IMG/VR virus record: IMGVR_UViG_3300032038_000020
Span: 1-64,000 of that record
Strand: one strand, 5' to 3'
Origin: an uncultured virus (IMG/VR IMGVR_UViG_3300032038_000020)
Lineage: Duplodnaviria > Heunggongvirae > Uroviricota > Caudoviricetes
Length of the DNA: 64,000 bases
Positions 1-9,554 of this stretch are shown piece by piece. The first letter of the stretch is position 1. Each line of letters starts with the position of its first letter. Made by a program: the position numbers and the translations under genes. The notes below the pieces were generated by a model. The model was not told the DNA's origin. It saw only the letters and a list, made by a program, of their open reading frames with translations, and did no database searches.

Positions 1-1
1 T

Positions 2-766
2 CGTAAGTCAGCTTCAGAGACTGGAGAAGCTCCGAGACATGCTATTCTCGAGTTCTTTGCTAAGAACCTTATCAATGATATCATCTCTGATGCTTTCATG
101 AGTACCGAGATCAATAACTTCCAGGAAGAGTTGAATACATATGCTAAAGCTGCAGGTAATGTAACTGGTGTTATCGTCGACTCTTATACCGATGAAGTAA
201 AGGAGAAGTTTGAGACTGGTCTTCTTGAGACAGCCGATAAGATTCAGGAGGCTAATCCTGAGAAAGCAGAAGAGCTCAGAGAGATCGCTAAGTACTTTCG
301 ATACACTCACACTCTCGAACTCGTCAAGAAGCATATCGAGAATGGTGGAGACACTTATCTCAACCGCTGCTATAAGAAGTCGCGTAAGATCAAGCAGTAC
401 ACAGCATCCTTCAATGCTTACTATGAAGGTACTGTACCGAAGATCAGAGACATCGAAACACTTGCTATCCCCTTCCGTCAGTTAATGGTGGATGAAGAGA
501 CAGCTGAGACACTCATAGTAATGCTTGGTGATACTTGCTATGAACAGCCTAAGGGTTCACTCGTAGGAAATATCTATGCATTCTATCTTCTCACTGGTAT
601 AATGAATATCGCTATGTCTGCAGACACTAGTGATACTATCCGTGAGATCAGAAACAATATCGCTGTTATCGTGTCACAGGTTCGTCAGTTCCTCAACAGA
701 AGACTGAAGGACTCCAAGTACGGCGGTGGTAAGAAGAGAAAGAAGGGTAAGAAAGGGAAGCGTTAA
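2..766 (+). CDS. hypothetical protein, 5'-truncated by the window edge; basic C-terminal tail
   Basis: Frame is open from base 2 through ATG 98 to TAA 766; ends GGGKKRKKGKKGKR. Confidence 0.75.
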   Translation, partial: RKSASETGEAPRHAILEFFAKNLINDIISDAFMSTEINNFQEELNTYAKAAGNVTGVIVDSYTDEVKEKFETGLLETADKIQEANPEKAEELREIAKYFRYTHTLELVKKHIENGGDTYLNRCYKKSRKIKQYTASFNAYYEGTVPKIRDIETLAIPFRQLMVDEETAETLIVMLGDTCYEQPKGSLVGNIYAFYLLTGIMNIAMSADTSDTIREIRNNIAVIVSQVRQFLNRRLKDSKYGGGKKRKKGKKGKR

Positions 767-775
767 TGCTTCCCA

Positions 776-787
776 AACTATCCTATA
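776..787 (+). promoter_or_regulatory. late-type phage promoter AACT-N6-TA
   Basis: AACTATCCTATA upstream of the AGGAGG SD of ORF 813. Confidence 0.5.
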
Positions 788-812
788 ATCTATAAATAGG
801 AGGTTCACTTCA

Positions 813-1235
813 ATGGTAAACGAAAAAGGTAGCTTAACTTTTCTGAAGACTGATGCACAGTGTTTCTTTCAGCTTCAGTTAACAGTATGGAACCAAACTC
901 CTAAGGGAGCTAAAGGAACTATCTTTCAGGTAAGTTCGCTCAACGAATATCAGATCGATGTCATCAGTGATGAAGCACCTGGTCTGAAGACATACAACTG
1001 CAGAATCGTAGGATTCACTATGAGAAATCGTCCTGACTATAAGGGCTTTGTTAACTACGATAAAGAAACTAACCAGGCTAAGCTTGCAGAAGTAGATACT
1101 ATCAAGATAGACTACTCCGAGGACGGCAAAGCTGGTGTTACTAGCATCAATGTATGCGACATTCGTGATATCAGATTAACCTATGCTCCTGGACAGGACT
1201 TTGAAGTTATAAGAGATATCAAGGATTTCAGATAA
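813..1235 (+). CDS. hypothetical protein
   Basis: 140-aa ORF with AGGAGG SD. Confidence 0.75.
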   Translation: MVNEKGSLTFLKTDAQCFFQLQLTVWNQTPKGAKGTIFQVSSLNEYQIDVISDEAPGLKTYNCRIVGFTMRNRPDYKGFVNYDKETNQAKLAEVDTIKIDYSEDGKAGVTSINVCDIRDIRLTYAPGQDFEVIRDIKDFR

Positions 1236-1247
1236 GGGGTGATTGCG

Positions 1248-1808
1248 ATGGCCAAGTTCTACAATGCTGATGGCACTATCACATCTACCGATAAAATCCT
1301 TGACGAATACTATAAAAGGAAAGGTACACCGATGGACTATAATGACTATCTCGGCAGTGATGCACTTGAAGAGACTTCCAAAGATACAGGTTCTTGGAAG
1401 AAGGTAATCACTGGTACAAAAAGAAACAGCGACGGTACACCGAATATGGGTGACGTATCAGACGGCTACCATACATTCGATGAACTCTACGAACACAGAA
1501 GCATTCTGTTCTTAGCATTACTGCGTTCTATACAGGATGTAAATGAGTTCGCTGAGTATGAAAGCCTTCATATTTCTGCACATCCATGGTACTCTAAACA
1601 GCATGAAGATGGAACTATGTTTCCTGGAATGTTCATTGCTGGTATGAGTACTGATTATGGAAGTGTAACATATCACTTCGACGAAAAGTATCTCCCCTTA
1701 TTCGAAAAGGCTGAGATTGAGTACTTGGAGAGAGCACCTAAATGGGACGGCCACACTCCACAGGATGGACTTGAAGTTATAAAGTCTCTATTCTGTGGAA
1801 ACGAGTAA
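1248..1808 (+). CDS. conserved phage protein with SDGYHTFDELY...WDGH motifs
   Basis: Motifs VSDGYHTFDELYEHR, SVTYH and APKWDGHT are typical of a widespread phage family; ATG 1248 follows AGGGGT. Confidence 0.65.
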   Translation: MAKFYNADGTITSTDKILDEYYKRKGTPMDYNDYLGSDALEETSKDTGSWKKVITGTKRNSDGTPNMGDVSDGYHTFDELYEHRSILFLALLRSIQDVNEFAEYESLHISAHPWYSKQHEDGTMFPGMFIAGMSTDYGSVTYHFDEKYLPLFEKAEIEYLERAPKWDGHTPQDGLEVIKSLFCGNE

Positions 1809-1826
1809 CTAAGAGAGGTTAGTTGT

Positions 1827-1973
1827 ATGGGAATGTATACCGAAGCAGAGATTTCTGCTACTTTAAGACACATAGATGACGAGCTGCACAATATCAATCT
1901 CAATCTTATAGAGTTGATCAAGGCGGTTCGTTCTATAAATGAAACTAAGAAAGAGGTAAACGCACATGAATAA
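1827..1973 (+). CDS. small hypothetical protein (48 aa; not in the ORF track)
   Basis: GAGAGG SD; MGMYTEAEISATLRHIDDELHNINLNLIELIKAVRSINETKKEVNAHE; fills the gap and overlaps the next start. Confidence 0.6.
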   Translation: MGMYTEAEISATLRHIDDELHNINLNLIELIKAVRSINETKKEVNAHE

Positions 1974-2847
1974 GAACAACATTTCACCCACAGGCATCAT
2001 GGCAACTTTTGCCAACATTGTCTCCTTTCTCATAGGAGCATACAACAAGGATAACGAATTCGACGTTAAGAAGGACTTCGTTGACCAGGTCAAGGGATAC
2101 AAGAACTTTCTTGCAGATCAGAACTGGGATGCTACTACTCTTACTGCTGAAGAGATCACTGCATTCGGCGGTCTCAGAATAAAACCAGAGGAAGATCTCT
2201 TCTTTATTCCTCCTTGGCTCGTAGAGTTCCTTCCTGAGGACTTCCAGCTTATTGACATAGAGCTTGGTACAAACGCTCACGTTGTAGTAAAGGATATAGA
2301 CAGGGAAAAGCTCTGGAGCACGGATACAAACGACTACGGTGTCACCAAGTATGCTATTCAGGCAGTCTCAGAGTCTGACTTTAAGTCAAATAAGGGACTT
2401 ATGTTCTCTGAAGCTCTTAAGCTGATCACTGATCCTAATAAGGATGGTATGATTATGAGACTTCCTAACTGGCAGCCCGATGTGTTCATCAAGACTCAGT
2501 GGACTGATGAGAACAGTAAGATGACTCATCCTTACCTTTACGTAACCAGCAGATTCGGCTGTGTTCCGTGGAAGGAAACTGTACCTGAGATGTTCAGCTG
2601 TAAGTGGGAAGTATATCAGGAGGACTACTATAACGAAGTAGTAGAAGAGATGAAGAAGCAGAAGGAAGAGCTCTTCCAGAAGGCTGTACAGCAGAACTTA
2701 GCAGCTAACGGTGGTAGGGGTGTAAACGTAGAGCAGATCGGAAAGGATCTTCTTGAGGGACTCATGCAGAAGCCTGAAGAGAAGAATGACGGCTGCGAGT
2801 GCGATCCTGAAATCGACGCTACTCATTCTGACGAAGTAGATAAATGA
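1966..2847 (+). CDS. protein with a central DUF2829/Tad2-like domain
   Basis: MFSEALKLI...RLPNW...PYLYV...VPWKETVPEMFSCKW resembles the DUF2829 pattern (MxFxxAL...RxxW...PY...VPW...dmlaxdW). Confidence 0.55.
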   Translation: MNKNNISPTGIMATFANIVSFLIGAYNKDNEFDVKKDFVDQVKGYKNFLADQNWDATTLTAEEITAFGGLRIKPEEDLFFIPPWLVEFLPEDFQLIDIELGTNAHVVVKDIDREKLWSTDTNDYGVTKYAIQAVSESDFKSNKGLMFSEALKLITDPNKDGMIMRLPNWQPDVFIKTQWTDENSKMTHPYLYVTSRFGCVPWKETVPEMFSCKWEVYQEDYYNEVVEEMKKQKEELFQKAVQQNLAANGGRGVNVEQIGKDLLEGLMQKPEEKNDGCECDPEIDATHSDEVDK

Positions 2848-2961
2848 ATAGCTGAACTGGAGTCAGGATTCGCTAAGCAAGAGAGCATCGTGACTAACCA
2901 GTTCGAAGAAGACTTCTTTTATCCAAGCTTCGACAGTGAGATCACTTCGCAGTTCATCTGA

Positions 2962-3006
2962 CAAAAAACAAACGGGAGGGCGCATAAGCGTCCTCCTATA
3001 TTTTGT
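2962..3006. terminator. bidirectional intrinsic terminator
   Basis: GGAGGGCGC-ATAA-GCGTCCTCC hairpin flanked by A and T runs between convergent genes. Confidence 0.7.
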
Positions 3007-4551
3007 TTACTTCATAGACACTACATGGTTCTTAACCACGATGTGATTAGAACATATAGTGTCAAATCCCTCGTTGTGAGAGATTACCATGAGTGTGCTA
3101 TGACACTCACGGTTGATAAGATCTATTGCCCTGTTTCTGTTTCTCTCATCAAGGTTTGACGTAACCTCATCAAGAATGAAGATCTTGTTTGGGTTGCGTC
3201 TCATCTCGACTATTGTCCTTGCAAGCAGCACGCGCTGCTTGAGACCTGTTGAAAGCTTGAAGCCCTTTGATCCAACAGGGCAGTCGAGAAGCTTATCGAT
3301 CTCTACTGGAACGCCTTCAACTCTGAAAGCGTTTCTAAGATCGTTAAGCATATCGAGTTCCTTAAAGATCTTGATGATCTCTTCATCAGTAACAGTCTCG
3401 TCACCAAATGTAACATTGTTTCTGAGACTATCATTCAGAAGAGTTGTCTCCTGGAATACATAGTATGTATCCAGATTTTCTGGGAGACCAAAGATCTCTT
3501 CAGACTTAATCGCACCAGCGATCAAGTTTCCGAAACTTGACTTGCCCTCACCAGATGCACCAGTGATAAGATATCTTTCACAGCGTCTGATACTGATGTT
3601 GTTCACAGTGAACTGAGCGCTGTCCTTCCCATAATCGAAAGAGCCAGATACTGTGAACTGAGAAGGCATAGAAATCTTCTCATCGTTATCGTTGCCTTCG
3701 AGAGCTTCAATCTGCTTGGTAGCAGCCTTAATTTTCGAAGTGTATGCAACGATATCGATGCACTTGAAGATTGCATTGTAGATTACATATTCGTTAATGA
3801 ATACATAACCTAAAGTCTCCTTGTCCCATCTAAAGAAGTATGCAATGAAGCATACGGGGATATAAGAGACAGCCTGGCACAGACCGAACCAAGCTCTCTT
3901 CTTGATATTGGTACTGTACTTGTACGAGTCATCTGCTGCGTCAGCGACTCTGTTAAATAAGTAAGAGAACTTACTAGCGTACTTGAGAGTAAGTAAGTTC
4001 TCAAGACCATCAACAAGAACTGACTCCAGCTTAGCAGCAGCATCATGTTCGTTCTCGTTGAACTTGAACTTTTCGTTGCCCCATAAGTACATAGCAGAGC
4101 TAAGTACGAAGCAGCTGAAAAGGATGACTATAGATGCAATGGAAGTACGGATCTTCCATATCATAATAGCCATAGGAAGAATACAACTGAAACAGGATAC
4201 GATAGTCACATATCTCTGTCCAGTGTATTCAGAGATCTTATTGATACTGTCGATGATAGTACCAACAGAGATCTTATTGATACTCTTAGTCTCAGACCAA
4301 GCCGACTTCTCAGTCAGTCTTGTCTTAAGATCAAAGTATACTGTTGAGCTAGCCTTACGACCAGCTGCATCTCTCGCTGTATCGAGAACGGCGAAAGCTA
4401 CATTGCAGATGATGAGACCGATAAACAGTCTCTTACTGAATCCATTAGCAATGAGCTTTGAAATCACAGTAGCGTTGGCAGTGTTCTGCAAGCCAACAAG
4501 GATGGTGAGGACCACCATTAAGATGGTCAGCATAGTTACTTTCTTCTTCAT
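3007..4551 (-). CDS. ABC exporter, fused membrane domain and ATPase
   Basis: N-terminal hydrophobic helices; Walker A GASGEGKS, Q-loop VFQ, signature LSTGLKQR, Walker B FILDE, H-loop ISH; AAAGGAGG SD before ATG 4551. Confidence 0.9.
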   Translation of the reverse strand: MKKKVTMLTILMVVLTILVGLQNTANATVISKLIANGFSKRLFIGLIICNVAFAVLDTARDAAGRKASSTVYFDLKTRLTEKSAWSETKSINKISVGTIIDSINKISEYTGQRYVTIVSCFSCILPMAIMIWKIRTSIASIVILFSCFVLSSAMYLWGNEKFKFNENEHDAAAKLESVLVDGLENLLTLKYASKFSYLFNRVADAADDSYKYSTNIKKRAWFGLCQAVSYIPVCFIAYFFRWDKETLGYVFINEYVIYNAIFKCIDIVAYTSKIKAATKQIEALEGNDNDEKISMPSQFTVSGSFDYGKDSAQFTVNNISIRRCERYLITGASGEGKSSFGNLIAGAIKSEEIFGLPENLDTYYVFQETTLLNDSLRNNVTFGDETVTDEEIIKIFKELDMLNDLRNAFRVEGVPVEIDKLLDCPVGSKGFKLSTGLKQRVLLARTIVEMRRNPNKIFILDEVTSNLDERNRNRAIDLINRECHSTLMVISHNEGFDTICSNHIVVKNHVVSMK

Positions 4552-4612
4552 ATAAAGGCCTCCTTTCAACCTCAGTCAAATTTGTTATTAGAAGAATGAT
4601 TATAACTACCTA

Positions 4613-4623
4613 TATAGTATACA
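4613..4623 (-). promoter_or_regulatory. early-type promoter (TGTATACTATA)
   Basis: Variant of the recurrent TATATATTAT motif, upstream of the ABC gene. Confidence 0.45.
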
Positions 4624-4669
4624 GCCCAAAAGCAGTAAGATGACGGGAGCACTTAAGCTCCCGCCACTC

Positions 4670-7036
4670 TTAGTAGTCATAGTAGAAGTCGTCTTCATCA
4701 TCGTCATCCACACTACTGTATGGATCATTCATATCCTTATAGAACTGGTCTATAGTACCAAGCATACAGTACTGGTTTGCAGGATCCTCCAACTCTTCTA
4801 TAGGTTTGTTGAACTTCTGGCTGTATGCCTTTCTACCTACTGGAGTAGAGAGAATCTTCTGAAGAGCCTCTTGGTCTTCTTGTCTCTGCTGTTCCAACCA
4901 GTCCTTGTAGAGCATGCTACCGTCATCCAGATCCTTAAGCTGCTGCTCTACTCTACCATGCATACCCTCAAGGTCGCCAGAGATATTGATTCCCTCTGTA
5001 GCCTCGAAGCTCTGGAAGATAGGCTCTTCAGCTTCATGCTGTTCAGTCTGGAGGTTAGGTATTCTTATACCCCAGTTCTCTGTAACGTTCTTACCATAGT
5101 ACAGAGGATAGAGTGAAAGGAGATAAGAGAATACAGCATCATCGTGGCTCTGAGCAGAGTGGTCGATTCTACCAGTCTTCTTAACCTCAAGGTTCTTCAG
5201 CTCTTCATATATGATAGGAGATACGAACTTGTCCTTATGGTCTTCCATTCTAAGCATAAGAAGGTCCATAAGCTGTTCTCTAACTATCTTAGTGTTGTCG
5301 AGTCCATAGACTCTAGTGAGCTGTTTCTTACGATTGATATGGACTCCGTCATACTTCTCCTCTATAGTCCTCTCCTTAATCTCATAGTAGAGATTAGACT
5401 TGATCTTAGACTTGAGAAGCTTTGCCAATACGCCTGTACCTACACCATTACGCTCTACTACTACCAATGCATTTGGTGTCCAGTTGCTTACTACATCATA
5501 GATTACCCTAGCAAAGTCAATAGTAGATATGTAGTTACAGTTAAAGTCTGCCATAAGCTTAGACGTTGTGGAATCTGTTATACTCATAGCGGATGAGTCT
5601 TTGTTATAGCCAGCGGCAACGTCACAGCCAATGATAGGAGCAATACCTGGTCTGAGCTCTTCATATACATTGAGAAGAAATGCTCCGACATAGACTTGCT
5701 TCTTAGGTTGTCTAACGAATCTGCCAACAATATCAAGCTGTTCTTTTGTGAATGGTGAGTTCTCTGCAGACATAGCCCACTCAAGAAGGAACTCTCGACG
5801 GATGTCTGTCCACTTGTACTCTTGTTCACGGCAACGCTCTTTGAACCACTCTTCTGAATAGCCAAGCTGTTGATAAGTAGTCTTGATATGTACGAAGATA
5901 CTCTTCTCGTTGGAGTTGAGTATATTGGTGAGCTCTTGGAGTGAAAGATCATACCAGAGTTCTGAGAATGGAGTCATGTTGCTTCTCATATCATACATAT
6001 ACTTACCGAACTCATCAGAGATGAATCCAGGTGTAGATGTAAGACAAAGTCCATGAGGAGCTCCATTGTCTTGACAGTTTCTGAAAGCTCTAGTCATGGC
6101 AGGCATTGCATTAGACAACGACTCTCCAAGGAATGGGAAGAACGCAGACTCGTCGAGCCAACAGTTAGTGATAGTACGACCTCTGAGGAGGGAGATAGCA
6201 GCAGTCTTAGAGGTTGCTCTAGCGAGTGCTTCTATCTTGTTGAAGTTGATTGGGTGCTGTACATAAGATACAGTATTACGAGCCTTAAGCTTCTTACCGT
6301 TCTGACCAAATGCTTGGTCGAATCTAAGGTAAGATGGCAGAGCCTGTATAATCTTCTTCATATCGTCAAGGTTTCTCTTAGCATCGTCCAGCTTCTTATT
6401 GAGGAAGACCATGTTAGCGTTTCGAGAACCGAAGTTGTATACCCATGAATACCATACTTCACATCCTACTGTTTTACCAGTCTGACGAGGCTGCTCATGG
6501 TATACATTAAGAGACAATGTAAAGCAGAAGTTAAGAGCTAGGTTTCCTCTGTCAAGTTTGTACCTGACGTAAGGTCCACCCTGGCTCTGTACTCTAACAA
6601 CTTCTCTGATGTAGTAGAAGAAGTTACGTTGACACTCTATAAAGATCTTTTGCTTCATGAACAGAGGAAGCTTAGGATCATAGGGATCTACATTAGCGAG
6701 ATCCTTATCAAAGAGTATAAGGAAGAACTTGTTGTTCTTGATTCCTATAGCTTTCAGATAGTAGTGCATATCCAGAAAGCTTTGGTTCTTAGTATTCATC
6801 TGAAAGTAGACAGTAGACCTTTGTCCCGTAAGAGGATCAGTCATCACGTTCTTATTCTGACTTGGTGGGACAAATGGCATTGTCTTCTTAGGTTTCATTT
6901 GTGAAGGATCAATATATTGGTTAGTCTGAACAGTTCCATCGTAAAAGATCTCTGATTCGTTAGAGCCAGTATATGTGCGGTCTTCTTTAGCGACATCAGT
7001 ATCTTCGTCAAAAATCACTTCAATAGTACTTGCCAT
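4670..7036 (-). CDS. terL: terminase large subunit
   Basis: Walker A HEQPRQTGKT, Walker B WLDESAF, coupling motif TSTP, nuclease motifs GCDVAAG..DSS, VERNG and HDDAV; ATG 7036 follows AGAGGTG. Confidence 0.93.
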   Translation of the reverse strand: MASTIEVIFDEDTDVAKEDRTYTGSNESEIFYDGTVQTNQYIDPSQMKPKKTMPFVPPSQNKNVMTDPLTGQRSTVYFQMNTKNQSFLDMHYYLKAIGIKNNKFFLILFDKDLANVDPYDPKLPLFMKQKIFIECQRNFFYYIREVVRVQSQGGPYVRYKLDRGNLALNFCFTLSLNVYHEQPRQTGKTVGCEVWYSWVYNFGSRNANMVFLNKKLDDAKRNLDDMKKIIQALPSYLRFDQAFGQNGKKLKARNTVSYVQHPINFNKIEALARATSKTAAISLLRGRTITNCWLDESAFFPFLGESLSNAMPAMTRAFRNCQDNGAPHGLCLTSTPGFISDEFGKYMYDMRSNMTPFSELWYDLSLQELTNILNSNEKSIFVHIKTTYQQLGYSEEWFKERCREQEYKWTDIRREFLLEWAMSAENSPFTKEQLDIVGRFVRQPKKQVYVGAFLLNVYEELRPGIAPIIGCDVAAGYNKDSSAMSITDSTTSKLMADFNCNYISTIDFARVIYDVVSNWTPNALVVVERNGVGTGVLAKLLKSKIKSNLYYEIKERTIEEKYDGVHINRKKQLTRVYGLDNTKIVREQLMDLLMLRMEDHKDKFVSPIIYEELKNLEVKKTGRIDHSAQSHDDAVFSYLLSLYPLYYGKNVTENWGIRIPNLQTEQHEAEEPIFQSFEATEGINISGDLEGMHGRVEQQLKDLDDGSMLYKDWLEQQRQEDQEALQKILSTPVGRKAYSQKFNKPIEELEDPANQYCMLGTIDQFYKDMNDPYSSVDDDDEDDFYYDY

Positions 7037-7084
7037 AATAACACCTCTTTCTGTAGTTGATACAGTGGGCTCAATAGCCCTCTT

Positions 7085-7096
7085 TACGGAGATGTT
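7085..7096 (-). promoter_or_regulatory. late promoter AACA-N6-TA
   Basis: AACATCTCCGTA on the minus strand, upstream of terminase. Confidence 0.65.
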
Positions 7097-7261
7097 CGAC
7101 AAGAAAAAATAACCTCCTGGTTAGAGGAGGTGTATCTAACTGATATACCGACGTTTGTGAGCTGTATATCATAGATACTAAATAGCGTAGATCATTCAGA
7201 AATGAGGACAGGAGGGCATAGTTTTATGGCTTTACCCTCCTTGATTTTCGGCCAGTTTTAT

Positions 7262-7867
7262 TTAGTCCTCTACTTCAGTTCCAGGGAGTCTTCCCTGGAA
7301 GAAGGAGAACTTATTTGCATCGAGACACCCGTAAAAATTACAGGAGTCTCCGTTATAGTTGAAGCATGCAATATTCCAGTACTTATCTGTGAGATGAGTA
7401 ATGGATACTAAAAGAAGGCACGCAGCCTTCTTCATGATAAGCGGAATTGATTTCCACCATACATTTACAATCTCATCCTCAAAGATTACTTCTGCCAGAG
7501 GTATCTCCTTAATGAAATTGTCCTTGGTGTTCTTCTCGATGGCCTGTACGCAAAGACCAAGGTCTGTCGAAAATCTTTTTGAAGTTACCACCGCTAAGGA
7601 GTTAATCACTCCATACGGATCCCCGTCTCTTATTGCGTCTATTAAAGTATCGATGCTTTTCGTAAAACTTACCCTGTTAAGGCACGAATCCTCAACAGGC
7701 TGTCCTGTTCCAGTTATATAATATTCCCCTGTTTCATGGTCGAACTTTGTTACAAGTTCGAAAAGAATAGACTTGATCTGTGCATTTGTGAATGTCTCTG
7801 CTGGCATTACTTTTGCGATCTCGTTTACTGCTGTAGCCTCATTAGCCTTCTTTGTGTTGTTTCTCAT
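7262..7867 (-). CDS. orphan hypothetical protein (no SD; structured UTRs on both sides)
   Basis: 201-aa ORF with its own early-type promoter at 8054-8064 and terminator at 7103-7131. Confidence 0.7.
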   Translation of the reverse strand: MRNNTKKANEATAVNEIAKVMPAETFTNAQIKSILFELVTKFDHETGEYYITGTGQPVEDSCLNRVSFTKSIDTLIDAIRDGDPYGVINSLAVVTSKRFSTDLGLCVQAIEKNTKDNFIKEIPLAEVIFEDEIVNVWWKSIPLIMKKAACLLLVSITHLTDKYWNIACFNYNGDSCNFYGCLDANKFSFFQGRLPGTEVED

Positions 7868-8149
7868 AATTCAAGCTCAGTAGGTGCTACACCTTTGACA
7901 GAGGTCAAGCTGAGCATAATGTAGTTTCCTTTGGAAACGCCCATTCATAGGGGCACACCCTTTTTCATGAATGCAGGGATCCTGCTTCTCCATGCAGGAT
8001 CATAGAATTTTTGCATCCATGGTATGGAGTTAATCAATTCTCTCATACACCTCAATGATATACAACCATCTTAGCTAACTTTTACGATAGCCACTACATA
8101 TATATAATCAGTGCCTACACGGGCACTTAAAATAAAGGAGGACACACAT

Positions 8150-8974
8150 ATGCCACTCGGTAATAATTCCTACAACAAAGGCAATTCAAACGGAAAGAAG
8201 AACGACTTCTCTCCAACTACTTACTCTAGCGTCAAAATCTCTAACTTTGACTCTGGTGTAGATCCATCATCAGTATCCTTTTCATTCTGGAAGGGAATGC
8301 TCAGAATAACAATCACCCCTATCAAGAAGAGTGCAGACGGAGGTTATAACTTCGATAAGGACAACGCCACAGAAGTTTATCTCACTCCTACCAGAGCAGC
8401 TCTCTTCCTTAACTATCTTAAGCTCTTCAGAAAAGATCCCAATGCTTACGTTAACGTAGGTGTTACTGCAGGAAACTCTATCATCTACGTAACTAACGGT
8501 GCAGAGGAGTTCGACGAGCAGGACGGCAATGGACTTTTCCTTATTATAAAGAATCTTGATGATAAGGGAAACATAGATTCCGAAATCGCTTACCAGTTCA
8601 GAACTACACCTGACAAGGATAACTTCGGTATCCTCAACTACAAAGGCGGTACAGATTTCAGTAAGGACTATGAGTACACAAAGTTCCTCGACTATGATAT
8701 CTTTACCAACACAGTAGCTCAGTACGTTAACGGCAACAGTAGTGCAGTTGCAGCTACAGTTGTTGACGCTACAAGGTTCTCATTCAACAGTATCATCAGC
8801 AAGCTGACAAGCATTCAGGAGAATCTCGGCATTGATACTGGAAGCGGATACAAGAGAAAGTCGAATGCATCGACATTCTTCTCAAATAACGGCAACGAGT
8901 CTTCATCTTCGTCTATTCATGGTAGCGACAAGATCGAAGAAGTTGACGACTACAATGATCTCATAGACATGTAA
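8150..8974 (+). CDS. hypothetical protein, possible ssDNA-binding protein
   Basis: AAAGGAGG SD; beta-rich core followed by a flexible S/N-rich linker and acidic tail (EEVDDYNDLIDM); function is inferred only. Confidence 0.4.
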   Translation: MPLGNNSYNKGNSNGKKNDFSPTTYSSVKISNFDSGVDPSSVSFSFWKGMLRITITPIKKSADGGYNFDKDNATEVYLTPTRAALFLNYLKLFRKDPNAYVNVGVTAGNSIIYVTNGAEEFDEQDGNGLFLIIKNLDDKGNIDSEIAYQFRTTPDKDNFGILNYKGGTDFSKDYEYTKFLDYDIFTNTVAQYVNGNSSAVAATVVDATRFSFNSIISKLTSIQENLGIDTGSGYKRKSNASTFFSNNGNESSSSSIHGSDKIEEVDDYNDLIDM

Positions 8975-9029
8975 CAAAGATAGGGATGTGAAAACATCCC
9001 TATCCTTCTCTTTGAAATGGAGTGATACT

Positions 9030-9554
9030 ATGTTTAAGAGAATACTCAATAGGATCAAAAGAAAGCCTCTAACCAGAGAGGAAGAACTTAAACGTAAATA
9101 CAGGGGTATGACACGAGATGAGATTATCGAATATCTATGTATGAACGAGAGGTTCGAAGAACTTAAAGAGATGCATCACTATTGGTTCGCCAATAGCGAG
9201 ACCAAAGAACTTTGTTCTGTATTCGAAGGATGTCCGATATCGTTCTTTATGGAGTACATGGCGATGCATAAGAACGAGAAGTATAAGCATGATGCTATAT
9301 CACTGTATGACGAAGACCGTAGAAATATATTCTTCTGGGAAGGTGGTACTAGAATGCCATACTATCCAGACAACTACATCATCACCAAACTCTACTATAC
9401 AGGATTAACTTCTGGATTCTATGGTAGGGTTAAGAAGGTTGAATACGAAGAGATAATAAATACAATCAAAAAGATGCCTGTAACGAAAGCAAGCCTAAAG
9501 TATCTATCTCAGATAGTTCATGATACCTTAAAAGGAGGATTGGATGAAAGTTAA
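9030..9554 (+). CDS. hypothetical protein
   Basis: ORF with GGAG SD; overlaps the next gene. Confidence 0.7.
   Translation: MFKRILNRIKRKPLTREEELKRKYRGMTRDEIIEYLCMNERFEELKEMHHYWFANSETKELCSVFEGCPISFFMEYMAMHKNEKYKHDAISLYDEDRRNIFFWEGGTRMPYYPDNYIITKLYYTGLTSGFYGRVKKVEYEEIINTIKKMPVTKASLKYLSQIVHDTLKGGLDES

Noticed and set aside
4640..6904. Many 60-240 aa antisense or alternative-frame ORFs in the track (here and throughout the window)
   Set aside because: They are shadows of long genuine genes caused by codon bias; they have no SD or promoter
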